Source: a virus
Lineage: Duplodnaviria > Caudoviricetes
Virus record (IMG/VR): IMGVR_UViG_3300035148_000223
Location: 1-57,053 of that record
Reading direction: 5' to 3' (one strand)
Length of the DNA: 57,053 nucleotides
A program made the translations under genes and the position numbers. The notes beneath the pieces are model-generated. The model saw nothing but the letters and a program-made list of their open reading frames with translations. It was not told the DNA's origin and searched no databases. Of the stretch, positions 1 through 9,169 are shown in pieces. The stretch's first letter is position 1; each line of letters begins with the position of its first letter.

Positions 1-1170
1 ACCGCCGCGCGGATTGCCACGGTCACGCTGGCTGGACAGGAAGCGGTCCTTGAGCGTGCGGTTGATGCCGCCGCCCGGATCGCCACCGTCACAATCGCGG
101 GGCAGAGCGTCGGGGCCACGCGGGACGTCACGGTCGCCAGCCGGATTGCCACGGTCACGATTCAGGGACAGGCGGTCGGGCTGACGCTCGGCGTGACGGC
201 CGCAGCCCTGACGCCGGGCGTGGCGACGATCACGGGCCAGCCCGTCGAGCTACAGGCGCGGGTGGACACGGCTGGGGTCAACGCGGGCGGCGTGCTGGCG
301 GGACAGCAGGTCGGCCGGTCCTGCGCGGTGGACGTCGCGAGCGTCGTTCCCGGCGGCATCACCATCGCCGGACAGCCCGTGGGCTTGTCGTGTGGCGTCG
401 GGACCTCGCTCCTGCACCGCACACTCGCGGGCCAGTCCGTTGAGGCGCAGCGGGCCGTCCAAACCGCGTCGGTCGTGGCCACCGTCACGGTGCAGGGGTC
501 TGCGCCGTCGGCCGCATTGGCGGTCTCTGCCGCCACGATCCAGCCCTCTGCCACGTTGGCAGGCCAGACGGTCGCGCGCACGCTGGCGGTCTCGGTCGCG
601 ACGCTTCAGCCGGGTGTGGCCACGCTGGCGGGGCAACCCGTCGAGGCCCTGCGCGAGGTCACCACGGCCTCGACCGGGACTGGCGCGGCGACCGTGGCCG
701 GACAGCCCGTCGGAGCCACGCTGGCGGTCGCTCCGGCCGCGATTCAGCCCGGTGCCGTCACGCTGGCGGGCGCGGCGGTCGGTCTCACGCGGGCCGTGTC
801 CGTCGCCACGCTCCAGCCCGGACTCGCCACGGTCGCGGGCCAGCCCACCGGGCTTACGCGTGTAGTCACAGGCGGGCAGATCATCGCGACCGGCGCGCCT
901 CAGACGCTCGATGGCCAGCCCTGCGGACGCACGGCGGCGGTCTCGGTCGCCGAGGTCAAGCCGCACACCTACGTCATCGGCCTGTCAGACCTGTCGCTCA
1001 CGGGCGCTCGCGCGGTCGTGTCGGTCTCGCAGCCGACGGCAACCACGGCAATCACGACGCCGGTTGCACGAAATGTGTCGCTCTCGCAGGTTGGGAGGGA
1101 TGCGATTTCGATAACTGGCGCTACACTGGCAGACGTCTGCGTCATTGGGTCTGATTCGGAGACGACATGA
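1..1170 (+). CDS. Ala/Val/Thr-rich repetitive virion appendage protein (5' truncated)
   Basis: Frame open from base 1; approximately 23-27 aa repeats such as ATLQPGVATLAGQPV; resembles the C-terminal half of 54732-55847. Confidence 0.75.
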   Translation, partial: TAARIATVTLAGQEAVLERAVDAAARIATVTIAGQSVGATRDVTVASRIATVTIQGQAVGLTLGVTAAALTPGVATITGQPVELQARVDTAGVNAGGVLAGQQVGRSCAVDVASVVPGGITIAGQPVGLSCGVGTSLLHRTLAGQSVEAQRAVQTASVVATVTVQGSAPSAALAVSAATIQPSATLAGQTVARTLAVSVATLQPGVATLAGQPVEALREVTTASTGTGAATVAGQPVGATLAVAPAAIQPGAVTLAGAAVGLTRAVSVATLQPGLATVAGQPTGLTRVVTGGQIIATGAPQTLDGQPCGRTAAVSVAEVKPHTYVIGLSDLSLTGARAVVSVSQPTATTAITTPVARNVSLSQVGRDAISITGATLADVCVIGSDSETT

Positions 1171-1568
1171 GCATCTCGATTCAGCTTGAGAAAAGCAGCA
1201 GCCGTGTTCTGGCCCTCCTGACAGACCTTGACGGCGTCACGCCGCTCACCAACTTGACGAGTGTCCTCGCCACCCTGAAGCTCACCCTCACCGAGCAGAA
1301 AAGCGGATCGGTCATCAACAGCCGCTCCGCGCAGGACGTCAAGAACGCCAACGGTTTCACGCTGCACGATGCCGTGCAGACGGACCCGGCCACCGGGACC
1401 ACCTACAACGTCAGCGGGTTTCTCGACCCAGCCGACAACGCGATCACCCAGACCTCTGCCGCGATGGAGGTCCATGTCCTGCTCTTCGAGTGGACGTGGG
1501 GGACGCCCACGCGCACGGGGCGCGGCGATGCCTCCTACGCGGTGCGGAACCTGCGGACGGTCGCCTAG
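1167..1568 (+). CDS. Hypothetical virion/baseplate-associated protein
   Basis: ATGA overlap with the upstream gene; beta-rich 133 aa protein; sits between tail appendage and lysis genes. Confidence 0.6.
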   Translation: MSISIQLEKSSSRVLALLTDLDGVTPLTNLTSVLATLKLTLTEQKSGSVINSRSAQDVKNANGFTLHDAVQTDPATGTTYNVSGFLDPADNAITQTSAAMEVHVLLFEWTWGTPTRTGRGDASYAVRNLRTVA

Positions 1569-1576
1569 AAGGACCT

Positions 1577-2086
1577 ATGCCCGAGAGCGAGTATGTGACT
1601 ATGTCCGAGTTCACGCGCTGGTGGAGCGAGGAGTCGAAGACCCGCGAGCGCCTAGAGCGCCGCATGGAGTCGGGCTTTTCGGACCTGAAGCGCGCTGTGG
1701 ACGAGGTGGCCGGGCTTCAGCGGGCCGCGAACGGCAAGACCGCCGAACACGCGCGCATGATTGCCGTGATGGAGCGGGACGTCGCGGCGATCAAGAGTGC
1801 CGAAGTCGATGTGGCCGAGACCGTTCACAGCATCCAGCAAGAGGGCTGTCACCAATACGAAAGTCACCGTGCCGCCCTCGGCGTGCTGGAGGGGTCCGGA
1901 GCCATGATGCCGACGGAGGGTCCGCCGTCGCGCAGCCTGTTCGTCATGCCTGCGCTGACCGTGCGGCAGAAAGCCGTCGCCGGAGTCGGCGTGACCGCTC
2001 TCTTGCTGCCCGCCGTGGTGGAGCTAGTGAAGCTCGCGACGGCGCTCGCGTCGTGGCTGCAAACGATTCATGCCGTGCCGAGGTAA
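1577..2086 (+). CDS. Coiled-coil protein with C-terminal transmembrane segment (lysis-associated)
   Basis: GAAGGA RBS; coiled-coil N-terminal half; hydrophobic AVAGVGVTALLLPAVVELV; upstream of the endolysin. Confidence 0.6.
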   Translation: MPESEYVTMSEFTRWWSEESKTRERLERRMESGFSDLKRAVDEVAGLQRAANGKTAEHARMIAVMERDVAAIKSAEVDVAETVHSIQQEGCHQYESHRAALGVLEGSGAMMPTEGPPSRSLFVMPALTVRQKAVAGVGVTALLLPAVVELVKLATALASWLQTIHAVPR

Positions 2087-2094
2087 TCCGTTCG

Positions 2095-2361
2095 ATGGCG
2101 ACGCCGACACGTCCGAGACCTTCCCCAACCCCTGAAGAAGAACGCGAGTGGCTGGCCGAGCGCGCGGCCATCCTCGTGTACGCCCTGCGCCATCTGGCCT
2201 CGGCGTGGCATCGGAAGCACGCGACGCCGGACGGGCCGACGTGGGCGCACTGTTCGGAACACTTCTGCAAGATGGCGCATGAAGCCTCGGAAGGGCGGCT
2301 GATGGCCGCGACGAAGACCGAGTACGGCGTGGTCGTCTCGCTGAAGGAAAAGGGGGCGTAG
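2095..2361 (+). CDS. Hypothetical protein
   Basis: MATPTRPRP ORF fills the gap; stop overlaps the endolysin start. Confidence 0.55.
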   Translation: MATPTRPRPSPTPEEEREWLAERAAILVYALRHLASAWHRKHATPDGPTWAHCSEHFCKMAHEASEGRLMAATKTEYGVVVSLKEKGA

Positions 2362-2813
2362 TGGAAGTCCTGCCGGGGAGCCGCTTGCACTGGACGGAAA
2401 TTGCCTGCCGCGACCGGCGCAACACGCCGTATCCGCTCGACTGGCGCACCGATCCGACGCGGCTTCCGGCGCTGGTCTCGGCCTTTCGCGCCGTGCGCGA
2501 TGAGTGTTCGGACGCGGCGGGGATGGATTGCCCGCTCCTGATCCTCGAAGGGTACCGGACAGAGGCCTATCAGGAAGTGCTTCGGCAGAACCCGCGCTAC
2601 AAGGCGGCGAAAAACTCGCAGCACTGTCAGGGCCGCGCGCTGGACGTCGCCTGCCCGCGCCTCTTGACCTTCGACGAGTTCGCGAACGCGGTGCGTCGCG
2701 CGTGCGCGCACGAGGGATCGCCGATTCGCTACGTCGAGCTTCGGCCGTCCATGAACTACATCCACTTCGACGTGCGGCCGACGAAGCGGCTGCTGGAGGA
2801 GACGGTCCCATGA
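2361..2813 (+). CDS. Endolysin, peptidase M15A family
   Basis: Zinc-ligand motifs EGYRT, AKNSQHCQGRALDV and YIHFDVR. Confidence 0.88.
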   Translation: MEVLPGSRLHWTEIACRDRRNTPYPLDWRTDPTRLPALVSAFRAVRDECSDAAGMDCPLLILEGYRTEAYQEVLRQNPRYKAAKNSQHCQGRALDVACPRLLTFDEFANAVRRACAHEGSPIRYVELRPSMNYIHFDVRPTKRLLEETVP

Positions 2814-3889
2814 CCGACAAGATCGTGTCGCCGAGTCGGCGCTACGAACTCAACATTCAAGACGACGGCAACCTCGTCGTCTACCGCTGTGCCGACGGGA
2901 AGCCCATCTGGGCGTCGAACACGGTGGATCTGTCCCCGCTCCCCCCTCCACCGCCCCCGTCTCCGTCGAGCCTGCCGCGCCTGCGCGTGCGCGGACACGT
3001 CTTCGAGACCGAGACGGGGGAGCCGTTCACCGCGATTCAGGCCAGTGATTTCAACCTGCTGTCGCGGTTCCAGTCCGGCGAGAACCTGTCCGAGTTGCTC
3101 GCGCAGCGCGTGGGGTGCGGGTTCAACATGCTCCGGGTGTGGACGCTCTTCAGCATTCCCAACATCGGCCACTACCTCGACATCGACTACGGCGCGGTGC
3201 CGGAGTTCCTCCAGTTGTGCGGCAGCTACGGTCTCTACGTCCAACTCACGGGCTACACCTCAACCGAACGGACAGACCACTGGCCACAGCTTGTGGACGC
3301 GGTTGCGGACGAGCCGAACGTGCTGCTGGAATTGGGCAACGAGTTGGACCTGCCGGTGAACCGCATCGAGATGAGCCGGTACGCGCGCCCGTCTGGCGTG
3401 CTGGCGTCCTCCGGCAGTGCGGGGTCTCAGACCGTGCCGACGTGGACGCCGTGGGACTACCTCGGCTGGCACACCAACGGCGCGAGCGAAGAGCAGCGGA
3501 AGGTGGGCCACAACGCGATGGAAAAGGCCGAGTCGGCAATCGGCTGGCGCGGGCCGGTGTTGACGAACGAGACGAGCCGGTTCCCCGACGTGGGCATGTG
3601 GGTGGGGCGCGATGCCGCGCAGCGGCGCAACCTTGCCTACGATGCGGCGGCGGGTGCGGCCTTGCTGTGCGCCGGGTCCTGTTTCCACTCGGTCGAGGGC
3701 AAGACGTCGGTGCTGTGGTCGCCGGAGACGATTGACGTCGCGTGTTCATGGGCGTGGGGCGCGCGGTCGGTGCCGCTGTCGGCCCAGCACGAAGCCTATC
3801 GCCGCCGAGACGACCTGCTGACAGACGCCTTGCTCCGCGTGTACCAGCGCGGCACGTCGGACGCGAACATCGTAACGATTCGGAAGTAG
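2810..3889 (+). CDS. Bulb-type lectin subdomain, Pro-rich linker and GH-A clan glycoside hydrolase-like domain
   Basis: LNIQDDGNLVVY...IWASNT lectin motif; PPPPPPSP linker; GFNMLRVW, ELGNE, YLGWH and PVLTNE motifs. Confidence 0.7.
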   Translation: MTDKIVSPSRRYELNIQDDGNLVVYRCADGKPIWASNTVDLSPLPPPPPPSPSSLPRLRVRGHVFETETGEPFTAIQASDFNLLSRFQSGENLSELLAQRVGCGFNMLRVWTLFSIPNIGHYLDIDYGAVPEFLQLCGSYGLYVQLTGYTSTERTDHWPQLVDAVADEPNVLLELGNELDLPVNRIEMSRYARPSGVLASSGSAGSQTVPTWTPWDYLGWHTNGASEEQRKVGHNAMEKAESAIGWRGPVLTNETSRFPDVGMWVGRDAAQRRNLAYDAAAGAALLCAGSCFHSVEGKTSVLWSPETIDVACSWAWGARSVPLSAQHEAYRRRDDLLTDALLRVYQRGTSDANIVTIRK

Positions 3890-3907
3890 TCAACCAAGGA
3901 GGGTGCG

Positions 3908-3949
3908 ATGGGAAGCTGCAAGGGCAAGGGCAAGGGACGGAAGAAGTGA
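3908..3949 (+). CDS. 13-aa basic micropeptide MGSCKGKGKGRKK
   Basis: Strong AAGGAGG RBS; TGA stop overlaps the GTG start of the holin-like gene. Confidence 0.5.
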   Translation: MGSCKGKGKGRKK

Positions 3950-4218
3950 ACCCGCTATACGTGACGATGCTCGGGGCGGCGCTCCGCGCGATCCTTTTGG
4001 GTCTGTGCGGGGGCCTCATCGAGAAGGGGATCTGGACGACCGGGCAAGTGGAACAGTTGGCCCTCGGGCTGGCCGGGTTCTTCGCGACCGTCGTCTGGAT
4101 TCTCTGGATCAAGTACAAGGACCGGCTGCATTTCGACGCGGCGCTCCAGACGCCAGCCGGGACGACCGAAAGCGAGATTCGGGCGTTGGTGAAGCGCGGC
4201 GAGTTGCCGCAGAAGTAG
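3946..4218 (+). CDS. Putative holin
   Basis: 90 aa, two hydrophobic helices, charged C-terminus, located in the lysis cluster. Confidence 0.7.
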   Translation: MNPLYVTMLGAALRAILLGLCGGLIEKGIWTTGQVEQLALGLAGFFATVVWILWIKYKDRLHFDAALQTPAGTTESEIRALVKRGELPQK

Positions 4219-4225
4219 AGGTCTT

Positions 4226-4612
4226 ATGGGTTGGCTGAAAAAGGCAGGCGTCATCATCGGACAGGTCACGGCGGCGGTCGTCGGTCTCGGCCCCGTCATC
4301 ACGACCCTCACCCCCACGAAAAAGGACGACGCCGCGCTCGTCGTCGTGCAGGACACCCTGAATCAGCTTGCGGGGATCGTCACGCAGGTTGAGGCGATGG
4401 CGGCGGCGCTCTCCCAGCCGTTGCCGGGGTCCGAGAAGCTGAAAATGGCGACGCCAATGGTCGCACAGGTCATTCTGGCCAGCAGCCTGATGGCCCGGCA
4501 CAAGATTGCGAACCCGGCGCTCTTCCAGCAGGGGTGCGCGAGTATCGGATCGGGCATGGCCGACGTCCTGAACTCCCTGAAGGACGACGTGGACACCATC
4601 GACAAGACGTAG
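4226..4612 (+). CDS. Hypothetical protein (lysis region, N-terminal hydrophobic stretch)
   Basis: GAGG RBS; MGWLKKAGVIIGQVTAAVVGLG; last gene of the + unit. Confidence 0.7.
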   Translation: MGWLKKAGVIIGQVTAAVVGLGPVITTLTPTKKDDAALVVVQDTLNQLAGIVTQVEAMAAALSQPLPGSEKLKMATPMVAQVILASSLMARHKIANPALFQQGCASIGSGMADVLNSLKDDVDTIDKT

Positions 4613-4632
4613 CCGCCCCTCAGAGGCACGAA

Positions 4633-4664
4633 CGCCCCGGATGGCCGTAGGGTCGTCCGGGGCG
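4633..4664. terminator. GC-rich hairpin between convergent transcription units
   Basis: CGCCCCGGATGGCC-GTAG-GGTCGTCCGGGGCG; no clear U-tract. Confidence 0.55.
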
Positions 4665-4710
4665 CAGAAGTCTTGTCCTAGCCAGAATGTGCCAGCCGTC
4701 GTGTCGATTT

Positions 4711-5088
4711 TCACCTTCGGCCGGGTGTCCCCGCTTGGGAGGCGGCAATCCAGCCGTCGGGGAGCGCATCCGGCCGAGGCTCTTCCTTCCGTCCAGCCGC
4801 CCAGCGCATCGCGAGCGTCACAAACTTGACGGCCTGCTCCTCTGAGATGACCGTGAGGACCGGGAACCCGCGCCACTCGTCGTGCCACTTGCGCTGGTCC
4901 GGGGTCAGGGGCTTCTTCCCGTTCTTGATTTCGATGACGTAGGTCCAGCCGCACGCGCCGACCAAGAGGTCTGGACAGCCATCGCCCACGGCCGCGAGAC
5001 TCTGGACCGAGAAGTTGGCCCGCTCGAAGATGCCCACGATGGCCTTCTGGTTGCCGTCCACCTTGCCGCGATGGCCACGTCGGTTCAT
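4711..5088 (-). CDS. VRR-NUC domain nuclease (Holliday junction resolvase-like)
   Basis: KVDGNQKAIV, GCPDLLVG, IEIKNGKKPLTPDQRKW motifs. Confidence 0.85.
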   Translation of the reverse strand: MNRRGHRGKVDGNQKAIVGIFERANFSVQSLAAVGDGCPDLLVGACGWTYVIEIKNGKKPLTPDQRKWHDEWRGFPVLTVISEEQAVKFVTLAMRWAAGRKEEPRPDALPDGWIAASQAGTPGRR

Positions 5089-5471
5089 TACCAGTCCTCC
5101 GGGGGTGGGGCGAAGTCTGTTTTGCGCGGGTGGCGCGTCACTTCGTCCACGATAGCGTCTTTCGTGAGGGTCCGCACGTCGGGCTTCGCCGTTGGGGTGG
5201 GCGGCGCGATGCCACGCCGGGCGAGTTCGGCCTTGACGTGGGCGACGGTGGGATTGGTTCTACGCGGGGTGTCCGAGGGGATGCGCCCGCAGGCGACGCG
5301 CAGGTCAAGTTCCGTCCACGTCTTGCGCGTGCCGTAGCCGTCTACGGTCACGACGCGGGTGTCGCCGTCGTGGTGGTAGACGTCTGTGACCGTGACGTGC
5401 TTCTGAGGGTCCTTCTCGCCGAGGCCGAGAATGTGGACAACCTCACCGATACCAAACGAGGTCGAGGTCAT
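5088..5471 (-). CDS. Hypothetical protein
   Basis: 127 aa ORF tightly coupled to its neighbours. Confidence 0.55.
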   Translation of the reverse strand: MTSTSFGIGEVVHILGLGEKDPQKHVTVTDVYHHDGDTRVVTVDGYGTRKTWTELDLRVACGRIPSDTPRRTNPTVAHVKAELARRGIAPPTPTAKPDVRTLTKDAIVDEVTRHPRKTDFAPPPEDW

Positions 5472-5730
5472 GGTGGGTGATCATCTCATGGTGTTCGGCG
5501 CAGAGGCCGACACAGTTGTCGGGGTCTGTGGGCGAACCGCCAAGCGACCGAGGCTTGACTTCATGCACATGTAGACGGCTGCCCCAGCGGGCGCGGCAGA
5601 CATAGCACCGGCCGTCCTGCCGCGCGATGACGAGACGTCGGCAATCGGCGCGGTCCTGTCGCGCGTGGAGGTCGCGCGCACGCTTCTCAGCCTTGCGCGT
5701 CGTCGGCTTCGGGAAGCGGAGTCCGGTCAT
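5443..5730 (-). CDS. HNH endonuclease
   Basis: CYVC...HVHEVKPRSLGG...NCVGLCAEHH. Confidence 0.8.
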   Translation of the reverse strand: MTGLRFPKPTTRKAEKRARDLHARQDRADCRRLVIARQDGRCYVCRARWGSRLHVHEVKPRSLGGSPTDPDNCVGLCAEHHEMITHHDLDLVWYR

Positions 5731-5739
5731 GGGTACAAC

Positions 5740-5778
5740 AAAAAAGCCCGCCCGGCCCCACGGGGGGCCGAACGGGCT
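5740..5778 (-). terminator. Rho-independent terminator
   Basis: On the minus strand AGCCCGTTCGGCCCC-loop-GGGGCCGGGCGGGCT followed by a T run. Confidence 0.75.
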
Positions 5779-5783
5779 GGTGG

Positions 5784-6377
5784 TCATGTGAGCGACTTCT
5801 GGTCGCGCTCGACGAGCTTGGCCTTGCGGCCCTCGCGCTGAAAGCTCGCCAGCATCTTGTCGGCATCCTCGGGCGAGCGGGCCTCGACGAGGACGTAGTA
5901 GGACAACTGGCCCATGCGCTTCGCCCGGCGAATCTCGGTGCCGAGTTTGCGGACGGGCCACGCCGCGCCGTCGTCGCCCTTCGCCGCCATCTCCAGCCAC
6001 TTGCGCTGCGACGGGGCCGGAAGGTCGGCGACCTCGCGGTGGTGCGAGAACGTCAGGCCGGACGCGGGCGGGTGACGATTCTCGGGCGGCACGTTCCGGC
6101 AGACCCACTTCCACTGCTCGGCGGTCGCGGGTTCGATCTGGAGCGTGTCAAGGATCTGCGAGAGTTCTTCGCTGTAGAGGTCTTCTCCGGCGATGAGCAG
6201 GTCGCCTACCCACCACTGGATTGCGCCGTGAATGGTGCCGCACCAATCGAAGACGGCTCCGAAGTCCGAGAGCGTCGGCTTGCCGGTCACGATGAGGCGG
6301 GTGGCCTCGAAGGTGAACTTCCCCGCATTGGACGGGCGCAGGGTCATCTTCGTGGCGTGCTTGTCGGGCGTGGTCAT
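5784..6377 (-). CDS. LmbU-like DNA-binding protein
   Basis: QWWVGDLL, LTFSHHREVADL, QRKWLEMA and WPVRKL motifs typical of the LmbU family. Confidence 0.7.
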   Translation of the reverse strand: MTTPDKHATKMTLRPSNAGKFTFEATRLIVTGKPTLSDFGAVFDWCGTIHGAIQWWVGDLLIAGEDLYSEELSQILDTLQIEPATAEQWKWVCRNVPPENRHPPASGLTFSHHREVADLPAPSQRKWLEMAAKGDDGAAWPVRKLGTEIRRAKRMGQLSYYVLVEARSPEDADKMLASFQREGRKAKLVERDQKSLT

Positions 6378-6703
6378 GCGGTCGGCTCCGAGACGAGCGT
6401 GTACATCCAGACGCCTTTCGAGACAAGGTCGCGCTCGATGCCGTAGCCTTGCTGCTTCAACTCGAAGATGCGCGCCCCGTAACGGTAGCAGATGCCGTTC
6501 AGCACGACGTTCGTCGCCGGTCCCTCGCGGAGCCTCGCGAGGACGCGGTCCTTGGCGGTCGCGAGTCGCGAGGCTTCGTCGGCTTGCTGCTCGGCATGGG
6601 TCTGCCAGACGGTCTGCCGCTCCGCTGGCGTGGGGAGGTCGGCGGGCCGGGTGACGGTGTAGCCGTCCTCGGCCAGACACGAGAAGAGGTCTGTCTGGTT
6701 CAC
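6374..6703 (-). CDS. Winged-helix DNA-binding protein
   Basis: RVLARL...RYGARIFELKQQGYGI; TAGGAGGACCC RBS, GTG start. Confidence 0.65.
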   Translation of the reverse strand: MNQTDLFSCLAEDGYTVTRPADLPTPAERQTVWQTHAEQQADEASRLATAKDRVLARLREGPATNVVLNGICYRYGARIFELKQQGYGIERDLVSKGVWMYTLVSEPTA

Positions 6704-7533
6704 TTGGGTCCTCCTAGCGCGCGACGCTGACTCGGGCCGGAGAGGGACCACATGCTCGCGCGCTCGCGCAAGCGGTCGTAGACGGCCATCCCGAACGCCG
6801 CCGTCATCGCCTTCGGCACCTCGGACGCCTCGGTCTCGGCCGGGATGTTGAGGACGAAGATGGTTGGGCGGTTGTTCTTCTGGCGCGCATCGAGCAGGGC
6901 GCGGAAGAACTCCTGCTGCTTGTCGGTCGTCGGCGTCTTCGTCAACTCGTCGATCACGAGGACGTCGTAGGTGGCGAGAATGTCGAGCAGTTCGTACTCG
7001 GTCTCGCCGTGGTCGTCGTCGCGGTGGCCGAAGGTCGCATTCCACCGCATCCAGATCACCTTCGCGTCGGTGTAGAGTCCGGTCTCGGTGCCTTTCTCCA
7101 GTGACCCGCGCAGCATGGCGATGGCCAGCCCGGACTTGCCGGTGCCGTTCGGGCCAAACAGCACGACGTCTGGCCGTTTGTCGCGCGGCTTGGCGAGCCA
7201 TTCACCCCCGCGCGCGGCCAGCGTCGGCTTGAGCAGGTCGCTCTTGTACGACGAGAGGGACCATGTGAGGCAGGCTTCCGGCACGCCCGCCTTGCGGAGC
7301 CGCTCGAAGAACACGCCATCGACAGACGGGGGGCCGCTGGGCCAGAGTTCGCGAAGCTGGCTGGCCGAGAGAACCTCGTCGGCCCGCTTGCTGGCGCGTT
7401 TGCGTGCGCCCGCCGGACAGAGGCAGCGCACGACGAGGAAGGTGCCGTTGAAGTCCTGCACGCGCAGCCAGCCGTCTGTGCAGTGCGGACATTCGCGGCC
7501 GACGTGATCGGCCGAGATGGCGGTGTAGCTCAT
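6700..7533 (-). CDS. DnaC/IstB-like helicase loader ATPase
   Basis: N-terminal CPHC...CLC zinc motif; Walker A GPNGTGKS; Walker B VLVIDEL; YDRLRE. Confidence 0.88.
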   Translation of the reverse strand: MSYTAISADHVGRECPHCTDGWLRVQDFNGTFLVVRCLCPAGARKRASKRADEVLSASQLRELWPSGPPSVDGVFFERLRKAGVPEACLTWSLSSYKSDLLKPTLAARGGEWLAKPRDKRPDVVLFGPNGTGKSGLAIAMLRGSLEKGTETGLYTDAKVIWMRWNATFGHRDDDHGETEYELLDILATYDVLVIDELTKTPTTDKQQEFFRALLDARQKNNRPTIFVLNIPAETEASEVPKAMTAAFGMAVYDRLRERASMWSLSGPSQRRALGGPK

Positions 7534-8282
7534 TCGTCCTCCATGAGAATCTGGGGCGGGGGCGCGCTCAGAACGTGCTTCCGATTGCGCGCCTCGGTCT
7601 GCCGCCGCAGGTCGTCGGCGTTCTGGGGCTTCTGCTGGGCGGCGAGTTTGTTCCAGCATGACGCGAGGATGGCCATGTCCTTCCCGCTCTGCTGGATGAA
7701 GCGGTCGTGGCTGTCGAAGAGCCGGGGGAGCATCGCGACGACGGCGTCGTACCCGTGCTGCTGAATCAGCCGCTTGGCGTGGGCGGCGTCCTTGCCGCTG
7801 TAGTGGGGCTTGGTTCCCACTTCTGCCCGGAAGAGCTTTTCGTGTTCCGAGAGCAGGGCCTTGATGGTGTGGGCGTTCCCCGTACGTACTGATGGATCTT
7901 GTGACGGATCTACTGACGGATCGGGTGACACCCGTGTCACCCCAGAGGTGACAGGTACGTCACCCCTAGTGGTCTCCGACGTCACCCCCAGATGTTGTGG
8001 GGTGTCAGATTGGCACCCCAAGAGATGAAGCCGCCAGACGGTCGGGAACCGGCTCGTCGCGGGCTTGTCCACCGCGATATAGCCTGCCGTTTCAAGGTCG
8101 CGCAGGCATCGTTGTACTGACCGCACGCTGATGTCGCAATCGGTCGCGATGGTCTTGACCGACGGATAGGAGCTTCGCCCTTGGTCGTTCGCGCAATCGG
8201 CCAGCTTGAGGAGAACGAGTCGGTGGGACGCCGAGGCGAGGCCCCGGACGTCCCACACGGCGGTCATGTAGCGGATGCTCAC
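7530..8282 (-). CDS. Replication initiator protein (N-terminal winged HTH)
   Basis: LVLLKLADCAND...SYPSVKTIATDCDISVRSVQRCLRDLETAGYI; immediately upstream of the DnaC-like gene. Confidence 0.82.
   Translation of the reverse strand: MSIRYMTAVWDVRGLASASHRLVLLKLADCANDQGRSSYPSVKTIATDCDISVRSVQRCLRDLETAGYIAVDKPATSRFPTVWRLHLLGCQSDTPQHLGVTSETTRGDVPVTSGVTRVSPDPSVDPSQDPSVRTGNAHTIKALLSEHEKLFRAEVGTKPHYSGKDAAHAKRLIQQHGYDAVVAMLPRLFDSHDRFIQQSGKDMAILASCWNKLAAQQKPQNADDLRRQTEARNRKHVLSAPPPQILMEDE
7925..8020. repeat. Iteron-like GTCACCCC/GGTGACA repeats inside the initiator gene (candidate origin)
   Basis: GGTGACACCCGTGTCACCC, GGTGACA, CGTCACCCC (twice), GGGGTGTCA and GGCACCCC cluster in the initiator linker, as in lambdoid origins. 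Confidence 0.5.
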
Positions 8283-9169
8283 TTGGCCCTCGTCACGAAC
8301 GTCGAGTCCTTCATCGCGCGCAGGCCCGTGACGTTGAGGTCCTTCTGCTGGCTCCGGGCCAGCGCGTCGAGGAGCTTGGACACGGGCGCGACCATCTCCA
8401 GCGTCGTGAGGCGCACGTCCGCCTCGGTCGCGAAGCGGGAGAGGTATTTCTGGATGACCTGCCCCGTGGGGTGGGCCTTCAACTGCGGCGACATGGACCG
8501 GAGCATTTCGGCCGCGACGCACGCGAGGATGAAGCTGTTGGGGTCATCGACCACGGCGCTCCACGTCGTACGCGTGTATTCGCCGTCCACCTTGCCGCCC
8601 GCTTCTGGCAGGGCCACGGGCTTGACGTTCAGCGGAGCCTCGGCCACCGACGCGGCCTGCTCTTTCAGTGCCGCCTTGACGGACTTGTCGGTGGTCGCCT
8701 TGGCGGCGGCGGCGAGTGCGGCCAGTTCTACGCGCCGCTTCTCGGCCGCTTCCGCCTCGGCCTTGCGCCGGGCCTCTGCCAACTCCCGCTCGCGCTCCTC
8801 GGCCACGCGCGCGTCGTATGCCGTGATGCTGCGGTTGCAGAGTTCTTTCTCGGACTTCGCGGGGTCAAGGAACGAGTCGCGCGTCTGGCTGATGATGGCG
8901 ACGACGTTCTTCGCCGGGTCCAGCATCTTCTTGAACGTGGCCTCGACGAGCTTGATCATCGACTGCGCGTCGCGGTAGCGCAGGGCCACCGTCTCGCGCA
9001 TCTTGGGCGTGGAGATGGGGTAGTAGACGCGGCCATCGGGTCCGGGGACCAACGCGGGCAGCGCGCTGTCGTGGGTGAACGTCGTGAACGCCTTCACGAG
9101 TTCCTCGGGCGGACGCGTGTCGATGGTGGTGACGGTCGGTGCCGCCGCAGAGCTAGACGTCTTAGCCAT
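8279..9169 (-). CDS. Coiled-coil protein in the recombination module
   Basis: GGAGGACCC RBS; long Glu/Ala/Arg-rich coiled coil. Confidence 0.7.
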   Translation of the reverse strand: MAKTSSSAAAPTVTTIDTRPPEELVKAFTTFTHDSALPALVPGPDGRVYYPISTPKMRETVALRYRDAQSMIKLVEATFKKMLDPAKNVVAIISQTRDSFLDPAKSEKELCNRSITAYDARVAEERERELAEARRKAEAEAAEKRRVELAALAAAAKATTDKSVKAALKEQAASVAEAPLNVKPVALPEAGGKVDGEYTRTTWSAVVDDPNSFILACVAAEMLRSMSPQLKAHPTGQVIQKYLSRFATEADVRLTTLEMVAPVSKLLDALARSQQKDLNVTGLRAMKDSTFVTRAK

